Made by a program: the position numbers and the translations under genes. Source: Thermoanaerobaculia bacterium (GTDB lineage Bacteria > Acidobacteriota > Thermoanaerobaculia > Multivoradales > Multivoraceae). Taken from it: a stretch of 64,000 nt of DNA. The notes under the pieces were generated by a model. It was not told the DNA's origin. It saw nothing but the letters and a program-made list of their open reading frames with translations, and did not search any database. Numbering within the stretch: the stretch's first letter is position 1; each line of letters opens with the position of its first letter. Of this stretch, positions 18,611 through 28,059 are shown in pieces. The DNA lies in assembly GCA_963664405.1 (NCBI GenBank), contig OY761158.1:2912001-2976000 (forward strand), read 5' to 3'.

Positions 18611-19974
18611 GGATGTGTCCCGTTTTTTGTGGAAATGGGTTCAGGCGTAGTCCTCCGAGTCGTCTTTTGCTAAATCCTACCGTTTACGCGGCCCTCTCAA
18701 CCTCGAGCAGGAGCTGAAGCGCCCGGTAGCCGTTAATCCTTCGCAGGTGTATCTGCCCGAAGGCGACGAGCCCCCAGAGGAGCGTGACGCCGGCAGCCTC
18801 GGTGGCAAAGGAGCCCTGGGTTTTAGTGCGGCGACGAAACTCGCGGTTCAGGTTCTCCAGAGCGTTGGTCGTGCGCACCGAACTCCACAGCGATTTGGGG
18901 AGCTCGTAGAAGGTCAGTAGCTGGAACCCTGCCTCCTCAAGGCTGCGAGCCACCGCCGGGACTAGTCGCGACCACTTGGTGACGAACGCCGCGTAGGCCT
19001 TGCGGGCCTGTGCCGCGTCCTCGGCTCGTACGATCGAGTGCCAGTCACGCCGCAGCTCGTCGTGTGCGTGCACCGGGCAGTGTTTCTTCAGATTCTCCCA
19101 CTTGTGTTGGACGCAGCGCTGGACTTTGACCTCAGGCCAAGCCTTCAGCGCCGCGGCCAGCCCTTTGTGGCCATCCGTGACCAGGTAGCGCGGAGCCTGA
19201 AGACCTCGGGCCTTCAGATCCTCGATCAGCCACTTCCAGTGCTCGGCGGCCTCGCTCGCGGCTAAACGTAAGGCCACCAGCACCTTGGTGCCGTCCGGAG
19301 TCACACCCAGCACCACCAGCACCGGTACCGAGACCACTCGACGGGCCAAGCGGACCTTCAGGTGAAAGCCATCGAGAAACAGAAGCACGTAGGACTCCTC
19401 CGACAGATCGCGCTCACTCCAGCGAGCAAAAAGCTCCTTCAGCCGAGACACCACACGCGAAACTGCGCTCTTGGACAGGTGCTCCTCACCCAGCAGCGGA
19501 GCCAATGCCTTCTTGATCCGGCGGCTGTTAGCGCCAGCCAGATACGCACCCAGGATCGCGTCATCGACCTCCTGCGTACGACGAGCGTAACGCGGCACGA
19601 TCGCACTGCGAAACTCTACGCTGGCCCCATCCTCGCCGACTAGCCGTCCTCGTGGAATGTCCAGTTCCTTCGACCCACACGCCGTCGTGATCAGACGACG
19701 CTGCTTGCCGTTGCGATAGCCCGCACGCTCGCCTGAACGCTCGTAGGCGCTGCAGCCCAGCGCCTCGGACAGCTCTTCCTCGAGTGTGATCTCGATCGCC
19801 GCACGAACACGCTCGCGTAACAACGAACGAATGTCCTGACGGAAGCGTGCAGCTTCCCCTTCCTCGTTGATATTCTCCACCATGGCGTAATCCTCCGTTC
19901 GCCCTAACCGGCGATGTGTTTGACCACTAGGAGGTTACGCCATTCTCAATTTCCACAGCATTCGGGACGGATCC
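18611..19974 (-). mobile_element. IS256-family element (1364 bp)
   Basis: IRs GGATGTGTCCCGTTTTTTGTGGAAAT vs (rc) GGATCCGTCCCGAATGCTGTGGAAAT; 8-bp TSD CCGACGGC at 18603-18610 and 19975-19982. Confidence 0.92.
18684..19883 (-). CDS. IS256-family (mutator) transposase
   Basis: GYRNG, LFLDG, LVTDGHKGL, QRCVQH, RTTNALENLNREFRRRT. Confidence 0.96.
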   Translation of the reverse strand: MVENINEEGEAARFRQDIRSLLRERVRAAIEITLEEELSEALGCSAYERSGERAGYRNGKQRRLITTACGSKELDIPRGRLVGEDGASVEFRSAIVPRYARRTQEVDDAILGAYLAGANSRRIKKALAPLLGEEHLSKSAVSRVVSRLKELFARWSERDLSEESYVLLFLDGFHLKVRLARRVVSVPVLVVLGVTPDGTKVLVALRLAASEAAEHWKWLIEDLKARGLQAPRYLVTDGHKGLAAALKAWPEVKVQRCVQHKWENLKKHCPVHAHDELRRDWHSIVRAEDAAQARKAYAAFVTKWSRLVPAVARSLEEAGFQLLTFYELPKSLWSSVRTTNALENLNREFRRRTKTQGSFATEAAGVTLLWGLVAFGQIHLRRINGYRALQLLLEVERAA

Positions 19975-20560
19975 CCGACGGCCCGCCTTCGGCGGGGATG
20001 ATGCCGACGGACCTAGTCTTGAGCACACTACTTGAGGGACCAAACACCCTTCCCTCACCTACCGTGCTCAGAATGGCCAACATTCCCATCGATTATCGTG
20101 CTCACTCTCAGCCGAGGGGGTTGTAGCCCGTCGCGTCCGCATCGCTCCTGGTCTTGGAAGACTCGGCAGCTCCGGCATGGGGGTGCGTTATCTCACTCCG
20201 GAAGAGCCGGTCTCCAAGGCGGAAGGAGAGACGGCTTCACTCGCGGGTGCAGTATCTTCGGAGCCGGGCGTTTTCTGCCTCTCGCTGGACATCGATCCGC
20301 GTTTGCTTGGCGCCTACGGCCGTGCGCTGCAGCTCGGAGGCCTCTTCGTTCCGACCCCGGTGCCGCCGTCGGTTGGGGAAGAAGTGACGATTGAGCTCCA
20401 GCCGCGAGGTGAGGATCAGCGACCGATTCGAGCCAGGGCCACCGTCGTGCAGACGTTGCTGCCGGGCCAGGAGCTGGGGCACCTTCCGGCGGGAATGGCT
20501 GTGACCTTCCATCAGCCCGAAGAAGTGCTCAATCGCGTTCGGCCTCACCTCGAGCTCTAG

Positions 20561-20717
20561 CCCCAAGAGAACGCGCCTGCGGCCCGTTCTCCGGCCCATC
20601 CCTACCTGAGAACCACTCGCCTGCTACGCAGGCTCCTCGCCCCAGAGTACGCGCCTGCGGCCCGTTCTCTGGCCCATCCCCACCTAAGAATTACTCGCCT
20701 GCTACGCAGGCTCCTAG
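20561..20717. repeat. Two tandem ~79-bp REP-like units
   Basis: 20561-20639 and 20640-20717 are near-identical; each has GAG(A/T)ACG..CGTTCTC and GCCTGC-TAC-GCAGGC hairpins. Confidence 0.85.
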
Positions 20718-20792
20718 GCTACACTTCCGGGTGTAGGACTGCTACGCGACACTGGACCGCGGACGATCTGTCCACGGAAGGAGTCTTTCCTC

Positions 20793-23241
20793 TTGAGCGA
20801 CGAAGAGACTCGCGAGGGGCACCGAGGCGACGAGAGTCCGACCCGGTCCTGGGCCGAGCGCCGTAGTGGTGGCGCGGCCGCGAAAGAGCTCATCGGCAAT
20901 TATCGCCTGCTTCAGAGGTTGGGCGAGGGCGGGATGGGCGAAGTCTGGGAGGCCCAGCAGGAGAAGCCGGTGCGCCGGCGCGTTGCCCTCAAGCTGGTCA
21001 AGCGGGGCATGGACACGGCGGAGTTCCTGGCCCGCTTCGAGTCGGAGCGCCAGGCGCTCGCGCTGATGGATCACCCAGCGATCGCCCGCGTTTTCGATGG
21101 CGGGGCGACCGAGCATGGGAGGCCCTATTTCGTTATGGAGTTCGTCAAGGGGATGCCCCTGACCCACTACTGTGACGAGCATCGCCTCACGACTCGAGAG
21201 CGGCTCGAGCTCTTTGTCGAGATCTGTAGCGGTGTGCAGCACGCCCACCAGAAAGGGATCGTTCACCGCGACCTCAAGCCGTCGAACATCCTGGTGATGA
21301 TCCGGGACCAGGAGCAGGCTCCCAAGATCATTGACTTCGGCGTAGCCAAAGCGATCGACCAACCTCTCACAGAAGATGCTCTGTTCACCCGGCTCGGCCA
21401 GTGGGTGGGCACGCCGGACTACATGAGCCCGGAACAGACCGGTGTTGGAGGCTTGGATATCGATACCCGTTCCGACGTTTACTCCCTCGGAGTGGTCCTT
21501 TACGAGCTGCTGATCGGCACCAGGCCGCTCGAAACAAGCAGCGCCCATGTTTCGGGCTACGACGAAGTACGCCGAGTGATCCGCGAGGTAGAGCCTCCCA
21601 CTCCCAGCGCGAAGCTGATGGGAATGGGCGTGGATGCCGCAGCCGTGGCTGAGCGCCGACGGACAGACGTGTCGTCGCTGTCTCGGCGGCTGCGGGGAGA
21701 TCTCGACTGGATCTCGATGAAGGCCCTGGAAAAAGATCGTCGGCGTCGTTATCAGACCGCGAGCGAGTTGGCTCTCGAGATCGAGCGTCATCTTCGCGAC
21801 GAACCGGTACTCGCTCGTCCCCCGAGTCTCACTTATCGAGTCCAGAAGATGGCACGTCGGCACCGGGTCGGCGTCGTTTTTGTCCACTATGATGGCGGTC
21901 CTCCTGTTGACCTTTGCCGTGGCCATGGGCTTTCAGGCGCAGAGAACGACTCGGGAGCGCGATCGTGCCAACCGTGAGGCGGAGACGGCGAGCCGGGTCT
22001 CGGAGTTCCTCGTCGAGCTCTTCGAGCTCTCCGACCCCAACCAATCTTTGGGCGAGATCATCACCGCGCGCGAGATCCTGGATCATGGAGCTCGTCGCAT
22101 TGAAAGCGATCTCGAGGGAGAGCCGCAGGTGCAGGCGAAACTGGGCCACACCATCGGTCGCGTCTATGCGAGCCTGGGGCTGTACGGGCAGGCCCGTCCA
22201 CTACTCGAAGACGCGGTTGGAGTCAGCGAGGCGGTCCACGGCCGAAGCCACGAAGAAACCGGAGCATCACTGCGCAGCCTTGCGATAGTGACTTGGCAGC
22301 TGGGCGAGACCGCGAGAGCCAGGGAGCTAGCCTTGGAAGCGCTGCAGATCCATGAGGAGACTCTCGGCTCCGAACATCTGGAGGTGGGGAAGAGCCTGCA
22401 GACTCTAGGATGGATCCTGGGTGATCTAGGCCTTCACGATGAGCAGGAGTTGGTTCTTCAGCGGGCCTTGGGCATCCACCAGAGGCAGCTTGGCCTGGGC
22501 CACGAGGACACTGCCGAGGTAGGTTCCGACCTTGGCGTCCTTGCCGCGGCGCAAGGCGACTACGCCCGTGCCGAGGAGTACTTCGAGGCTGCTGTGGTGG
22601 TAACTCGCAACCGTTTCGGCCAAGAGCACCCCAAAGTAGTGAAGCACCTGTCACAGCTCGCGGGGAACTACTTCAGCCAGGCAAGGATCGAAGATGCGCT
22701 CGCCACGACCGAACAGGTCGTCGCTGCCCAGGAACGGATCTACGGCGGTTCCCATCCTGACGTGGCGGCCAGCCTGAACAACCTTGGTGCGATCCTCCAT
22801 GTTGCGGGGCGGTTGGACGAAGCGGAGCCCCACTACCGACGTTCCTTGGAGATCTGGGAAGAGAGGCTCGGTGCTGAGCATTCTCGGACCGGCACCGCGG
22901 TGGCGAATCTTGCAGAGTTGTCCCGCGACAGAGGAGAGCTGGCGGCGGCGGACCTTCTTTTCGAGCGGGCGGTGCGCATCAAAGAGGATGCCGAGGGGCC
23001 CGAGTTGGCGTACGTTCTTGGTGAGTGGGGGTTCAACCAGCTGCAGCAGAAAGACGCCGCCCGCGCAGAGGCGCTCTTTTCACGCGCTCTCGAAACGTTG
23101 GAGAGTCGCGGCGGGCTGGGGCACCCTTTCGGAGCGCGCATTATCGCCGGATACACGCAGTTGTTACGCGAAACCGGCCGCGCCTCCGAGGTGGAAGCGC
23201 TGGAGAATCGCGCTCGGTCGGCGGCGCAGGAGGGTGGCTGA
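20793..23241 (+). CDS. Hanks-type Ser/Thr kinase with TM helix and TPR repeats, single frameshift at T5 21877-21881
   Basis: GEGGMGEV, VALK, HRDLKPSN, DFG, GTPDYMSPEQ; TM and TPR (SLNNLG) in frame 21880; removing one T joins the frames. Confidence 0.9.
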
Positions 23242-23471
23242 GCGGCGGCGTGTCTAGACAGACAGGGAGACCTGGCTCTCCGTCAGCCCAAGGTGGGCGG
23301 CGATCGCCCGCAGGTTCGGACCAGAGTCCGGGGCTCGGTTCGCAGGCTCGACCGCAGCCGTACGGCGGTCGGCCGGGAAGCTGTACGCTGGCTGAGACCC
23401 AGCAGCGCAGGACATCATGAGCTGCGCCGGGAACGAACGCAAGCAGAGTAGGCCGCTGATAGCATCTTCGG

Positions 23472-24131
23472 GTGAAGCCCCCAATTCGACTATTTCTGGT
23501 TCGTCACGGCCAAGTAGCGGCCAATCGAGAGCTGCGTTATGTGGGCCGCAGTGACCAGAGCCTTACCGAGGTGGGGCGCGGCCAGGCGATGAATCTAGCG
23601 GCCGCCTTCGAAGGTCTTCCGGTCTCACGTATCGTCTCGAGTCCGCTGCAGCGGGCGATGGCTACGGCGGAGAGCATCGCAGATACGGTTGGCATTAGGG
23701 TCGTGTGTGACGATCGTCTCCGCGAGCAATCTTTCGGCGAGTGGGAGGGCCTATCGCGCCAGGAAGTGGAGGAGCGTTCGGAGGAAGATCGGGCGAGGCT
23801 GAAGTCGTGGGAAGGAGATCCCAGCGTCGCTCCTCCAGGCGGGGATTCCCTGGTCTCAGTGCAGGAGAGAGCGGTGGCTTTGGCGGATGAGCTCCGCGAC
23901 GAAGCTGTTGTCGGCGAACGGCCCTGGGTGGTGCTTGTCAGTCACGTTGGCCCTATCAAAGCTCTTCTGGCCGCCAGCCTCGACATCTCACTGGTCTCGG
24001 TCCGGCGAATCTTCCTCGACCCGGGCACAGTGAGTGTGGTCGATTGGAGTGACCGCTCGATCGTACGCCTCTGTAATAGCTACGGTCCCTCGGGCTGGGG
24101 AAGTGCACGATGGATGCAACAGGGGGGTTAG
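23472..24131 (+). CDS. Histidine phosphatase (PGAM/CobC family)
   Basis: LVRHG, SSPLQRA, LREQSFGEWEG, VSHVG. Confidence 0.92.
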   Translation: MKPPIRLFLVRHGQVAANRELRYVGRSDQSLTEVGRGQAMNLAAAFEGLPVSRIVSSPLQRAMATAESIADTVGIRVVCDDRLREQSFGEWEGLSRQEVEERSEEDRARLKSWEGDPSVAPPGGDSLVSVQERAVALADELRDEAVVGERPWVVLVSHVGPIKALLAASLDISLVSVRRIFLDPGTVSVVDWSDRSIVRLCNSYGPSGWGSARWMQQGG

Positions 24132-24245
24132 AGGTCCTAAGCACGCTTGGAGCCTTGCGCCTCGGTTCCCGCCTCTGGTAGAAACATCTTCCGCTCGGGC
24201 GGTGATCTCTGCCGCCCAACTCTCAAACTCGAAAGCAGGTCCGCC

Positions 24246-25769
24246 ATGTCCAAGCCCACTGGCTCCGAGCTAATGGAACGCATCGTTGCCGTCGCCAAGA
24301 GGCGTGGCTTCATTTTCCCTGCCTCCGAGATCTACGGCGGCATCAACGGGTTCTGGGACTACGGGCCGCTCGGCACCCAGCTCAAGAACAATCTACGCGA
24401 CGCCTGGTGGCAAGATATGGTCGAGTGTCCCCCACTCGGGCCTGATGGCGATCCACTGAGCATCGTCGGTCTGGACTCGGCCATTATTCAGAACCCGCGC
24501 ACCTGGGAGGCGAGCGGACATGTGGGCGGATTCAGCGATCCGATGGTCGACTGCCGTGAGACCAAGAAGCGCTATCGCGCTGATCACCTGCTCGTTCTCT
24601 GTTGTACCGAAGGAGTGCCCGGCGCTCCCGGCTTCTGCTATCAAGAGGGAGATCCGGAGCCCGCATTGAAAACTGCCGGCAAGGCTCTCAAGAGAAAGGT
24701 CGCAATCGAGGACTGTTCCAGCGTGCCCTTTCTCGAGCTTCCCGAAGAGGCTAGAGAGACGGTTTACGCTCCCGGAGCCTCCGCGCCAGGAACTCTCACG
24801 GAGCCGCGACAGTTCAATCTGATGTTCCGCACCTTCGTCGGGGCGGCGAGCGGTGACGAGAACATTGCCTACTTGCGGCCCGAGACAGCCCAGGGCATCT
24901 TCCTCAACTATCGAAACGTTCTCGACACCACCCGTGTGCGTGTGCCTTTCGGCATCGCGCAGATCGGAAAGGCTTTTCGGAACGAGGTTACGCCTCGCAA
25001 CTACATCTTCCGCAGCCGCGAGTTCGAGCAGATGGAGATGGAGTGGTTCTGCCTGCCGCAAGAGGCTGGGCAATGGCTCGAGTACTGGACCCACCAGCGG
25101 ATGGAGTGGTGGAAGTCGGTGGGTGTCGGAGAGGAGAGCCTCACGCTACGTCGCCACGACCGCGACGAGCTGGCGCACTACGCAAAGTCGGGTGAGGGAA
25201 CCTACGACGTGGAGTATCGCTATCCGTTCACTGCCCCGGGGTTCGGCGAGCTGGAGGGGATCGCGCACCGCGGCTGCTTCGATCTCGAGCAGCACCAGAG
25301 CGCCAGCCAGACGAAGATGGAGTATTTCGATGTCGAGAGTCGGGATCGTTACCTGCCCCACGTCATCGAGCCGGCCGCCGGTCTGAGTCGGGGGGTGCTC
25401 GCACTTCTATGCGAGGCCTATGATGTCGACGAGAGTCGGCCTTCTCCAGAGATCATGCGCTTTCTGCCTCGCTTGGCTCCGATCAAAGCCGGTATCTTCC
25501 CACTGGTGGCCAAGAAGGGCATGCCCGAAGTCGCGCAAAGTCTGTTTCTCGATGTACGCCGTCGCTACACGGCGCAGCTCGACGTCAAGCAATCGATCGG
25601 CAAACGTTACGCTCGCATGGACGAAGCGGGAACACCGTTCTGTTTCACGGTGGATGGGCAGACCTTGGAGGATCAAACCCTCACCGTGCGCGACCGAGAC
25701 ACCGGCGATCAGGAGCGCATCTCGGTCGAAGCAGTGCTTCCCTACCTTGCCGAGAAGCTCGGTCCCTGA
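24246..25769 (+). CDS. glyQS: Glycine--tRNA ligase, homodimeric type
   Basis: KRRGF, DYGPLG, LRPETAQG, FRNEVTP..FRSREFEQME, PHVIEP, SIGKRYARMDEAG; start ATG 24246. Confidence 0.96.
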   Translation: MSKPTGSELMERIVAVAKRRGFIFPASEIYGGINGFWDYGPLGTQLKNNLRDAWWQDMVECPPLGPDGDPLSIVGLDSAIIQNPRTWEASGHVGGFSDPMVDCRETKKRYRADHLLVLCCTEGVPGAPGFCYQEGDPEPALKTAGKALKRKVAIEDCSSVPFLELPEEARETVYAPGASAPGTLTEPRQFNLMFRTFVGAASGDENIAYLRPETAQGIFLNYRNVLDTTRVRVPFGIAQIGKAFRNEVTPRNYIFRSREFEQMEMEWFCLPQEAGQWLEYWTHQRMEWWKSVGVGEESLTLRRHDRDELAHYAKSGEGTYDVEYRYPFTAPGFGELEGIAHRGCFDLEQHQSASQTKMEYFDVESRDRYLPHVIEPAAGLSRGVLALLCEAYDVDESRPSPEIMRFLPRLAPIKAGIFPLVAKKGMPEVAQSLFLDVRRRYTAQLDVKQSIGKRYARMDEAGTPFCFTVDGQTLEDQTLTVRDRDTGDQERISVEAVLPYLAEKLGP

Positions 25770-25856
25770 ATCGGTCCTCTCAGCGGCCCCCGGGCTGCGT
25801 GACTCGGAGAACGCCGAGTTGACGCGAAACGTCACCCGTAGGTGCCAATTCTGATC

Positions 25857-25882
25857 TGGCCCCCGTCAAGATGACGGGGCCA
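25857..25882 (+). terminator. GC-rich hairpin downstream of glyQS (possible terminator)
   Basis: TGGCCCCCGTCA-AGA-TGACGGGGCCA; only a weak U-tract follows. Confidence 0.45.
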
Positions 25883-25915
25883 ATACTTTCGAGCTGGGGC
25901 TGGGAGAGATAGGGG

Positions 25916-26050
25916 TTGGAGGGAAGAGGTTCCGCAGATTAGGGATGGTATGTGTTGGTTTGCCCCTGTTGCAGGGGATGGTGGCGGAAATAGAGGGAAA
26001 TCTTATGAGGAAAGGAAAAATCAAAGATTGCGGAACCTCTCCTTTTTGAA
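25916..26050 (+). other. Purine/AT-rich long-range stem-loop between convergent glyQS and MFS
   Basis: AGAGGTTCCGCA (25925-25936) pairs with TGCGGAACCTCT (26029-26040) and extends via G-U pairs; internal CCCCTG-TTG-CAGGGG hairpin. Confidence 0.55.
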
Positions 26051-26122
26051 TTGCCTCCGTTGTTGGAAAATAGTAAAGCAAGAAGTGTGCCATTGCAAGT
26101 GAAAAGTTTCACAAGCTGGCGC

Positions 26123-27370
26123 TCATCCGCGCGGCTCGCCAACCTTTCGGATCTGCAGGAGGGCCGCGAGCTGGAACGCCAACGAGAGCCAGAAGACCCA
26201 GCGGAGAGGCGCCAGGTCGGCGAGTAGGCCCGCTCCTAAGTAGCCCAAGGCTCCGACCAGTTCTGAGGAGGCATTGGTAGCGCCGATCCGCATCGCGCGG
26301 TTCTGTTCATCGCCGAACTCGAGTACCAGATTCTGACCGGCCAACATGAATCCCGAGGCGCCGAATGAAACAAGGAAGAACACTGCGTAGGCGGCCCACA
26401 GCACTCCAGTGGTGAGAACGAGGGCATTTCCGGCCATCCAGACACATAGACCGGCCAGAAAGACGATCCGGAAGCCGCGATGATCGGCGAGGAGGCCCCA
26501 GATCATCGCCCCCGCCGCGTTGGCCAGGGTGAAGACGATGGTGAAGGTGGCAAGGCGAGAGCCGGAGAGCTCGTAGCGCTGACCGACATAGAGGATGTAG
26601 AAGGGAATGCTCGAGCGCCCGGCAGTGCCCAGCAGGCGAGCGGCGAAGAAGCGCTTGAACCCCGGCTCGCCCGCGAGTAGCGCTGGGATGCTCTTGAGAC
26701 GTGCCACAAAAGGGGTTGCAGGTTGCGGGTTGAGGGTGGCTGTCTCGTGAATGGTCGCGAAGGCCACCAGGCCGAGACTGGTTAGAACGAATGCGAGCAG
26801 GAACGTCCAGCCGTAGCCGGCGGGAAAAGGGCTGCGGTCGACGATCCAACCCCCAAGGGCAGACACAAAGAGAAGAGTGATGCCCGAAGTCGCGTTGCGC
26901 AGTCCGAGAAGGCGCCCCCGCTTCATCGGTGGGATCACCTTGGAAATGATGAAGTTGAAGCTGACGTTCTGCAGCCCACTGGCGAGTCCCCACATGCCGA
27001 TTACAATCCAGACGGCCACCAGGGCGTGACGGCGGGGGACGAAGAAGGCGGTGAGTGAGAGAAGAAGTATCTGCGAGCGCATCAGGGCGCCGAAACTGAC
27101 CGCAAGCCTCTTGACGTATGTGCGGCGCTCGACCATCCAGGCTGCTAGGTAGGGCGAGACCGACATTCCGAGACTCTGCAGCGCCCTGGCGATGCCGATG
27201 GCGGAGTTGTTGCCGGCAAGCAGGCTCAGGTAGGCGGGGAGGAAGGTTGGCGCCTGGAGCAGCCTAAAACCTGTCTGGCCGAGAAGGCCGTGAATGAGGA
27301 GGGCGGTGAAGTTACGACGGAGGTGGGGGTCTTTCTCGGGGCTCCGCTTGGGTGTCGAGGGTGGAGGCAC
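26123..27370 (-). CDS. MFS transporter
   Basis: About 12 hydrophobic segments; WGLLADHRG motif-A-like loop. Confidence 0.88.
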   Translation of the reverse strand: MPPPSTPKRSPEKDPHLRRNFTALLIHGLLGQTGFRLLQAPTFLPAYLSLLAGNNSAIGIARALQSLGMSVSPYLAAWMVERRTYVKRLAVSFGALMRSQILLLSLTAFFVPRRHALVAVWIVIGMWGLASGLQNVSFNFIISKVIPPMKRGRLLGLRNATSGITLLFVSALGGWIVDRSPFPAGYGWTFLLAFVLTSLGLVAFATIHETATLNPQPATPFVARLKSIPALLAGEPGFKRFFAARLLGTAGRSSIPFYILYVGQRYELSGSRLATFTIVFTLANAAGAMIWGLLADHRGFRIVFLAGLCVWMAGNALVLTTGVLWAAYAVFFLVSFGASGFMLAGQNLVLEFGDEQNRAMRIGATNASSELVGALGYLGAGLLADLAPLRWVFWLSLAFQLAALLQIRKVGEPRG

Positions 27371-27433
27371 GGGCGCATTGTATGTTCCTCAGATCGAGCC
27401 GCCGGGCGAGCTCCGGTGCGATAGGGTCTGCCG

Positions 27434-27754
27434 ATGGCAGACGGCTCGAGCGATCGTTGGCAGACGATCTACGCCGTTGTGCTCCGAATTCCGGCCGGCA
27501 AGGTCGCGAACTATGGGCAGGTCGCCAGCGTTGCCGGGCTAAAGGGAGGTGCCCGTCAGGTGGGGTATGCCCTGCATGCCCTCGAGGATGGCAGCAACGT
27601 GCCCTGGCACCGCGTCCTCAACGCCCGGGGAGAGGTCAGCCCGCGCGCGACCCCAGGTTGGGAAGGTCTCCAGCGCAAGCTGCTCGAAGCCGAGGGAGTC
27701 CGCTTCGACGAGCATGGCCGCGTCGACCTGGCGCGCGATCGCTGGGAGCCCTGA
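27434..27754 (+). CDS. atl: Alkyltransferase-like protein (ATL, MGMT family)
   Basis: IPAGKVANYGQVA, ARQVGYAL, PWHRV (Trp in place of the catalytic Cys). Confidence 0.9.
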   Translation: MADGSSDRWQTIYAVVLRIPAGKVANYGQVASVAGLKGGARQVGYALHALEDGSNVPWHRVLNARGEVSPRATPGWEGLQRKLLEAEGVRFDEHGRVDLARDRWEP

Positions 27755-27933
27755 TCCGGTGCCGGGGCCGCCCCCTGGGCGGTCCCCCCGGAAGCGGCCT
27801 ACGGCCCTGCCCTACCAGCGCCCGGTTTCCCGGCTCACTCTGACCCAATAGCTCGAAGGCTTCGGATATAGTTGGCTGTCGGTTCGATTCGGGCGTGGAG
27901 CGCCCCGTGACAGGTGCACGAGGGAGATCAAGC

Positions 27934-28047
27934 ATGAGCAAAGGACCAGAGCCCGCTTCGAGTGTCGGGATCGAGGACCTCGCGGCCCGGCGCCTTATCA
28001 GCGCGCAGGACTACAACGAGCTGAGGGTCGCCGCGAGAACCGCCTGA
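27934..28047 (+). CDS. Possible 37-aa small ORF or gene remnant
   Basis: GGGAG SD then ATG; MSKGPEPASSVGIEDLAARRLISAQDYNELRVAARTA. Confidence 0.3.
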   Translation: MSKGPEPASSVGIEDLAARRLISAQDYNELRVAARTA

Positions 28048-28059
28048 TCGGGGCCCCGG

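Larger units (their letters stand above)
18262..20110. mobile_element. Non-autonomous MITE-like element (~477 bp once the IS256 and one TSD are removed)
   Basis: Perfect 25-bp IRs TGAGAGTGAGCACGATAATCGATGG (18262-18286) and its rc (20086-20110); TSD GCCGAG at 18256-18261 and 20111-20116; no transposase of its own. Confidence 0.9.
18055..20560 (+). pseudogene. Tandem PilZ-domain protein interrupted by a nested MITE/IS256 insertion
   Basis: 5' part 18055-18261 (RRSAAR, DQSWMG) and 3' part 20117-20560 (GVV...GMGVRY; second domain GGLFVPT...GMAVTF) join in frame across the duplicated GCCGAG, giving ~216 aa. Confidence 0.85.

Noticed and set aside
20561-20717. Mini-CRISPR
   Set aside because: Two contiguous ~79-bp units with no unique spacer
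23254-23484. 76-aa minus-strand ORF between the kinase and the phosphatase
   Set aside because: No recognisable motif or SD; compatible with a chance ORF in GC-rich DNA
25770-26122. tRNA, tmRNA, RNase P, SRP or T-box assignment
   Set aside because: No conserved signatures recognised, and the region is downstream rather than upstream of glyQS
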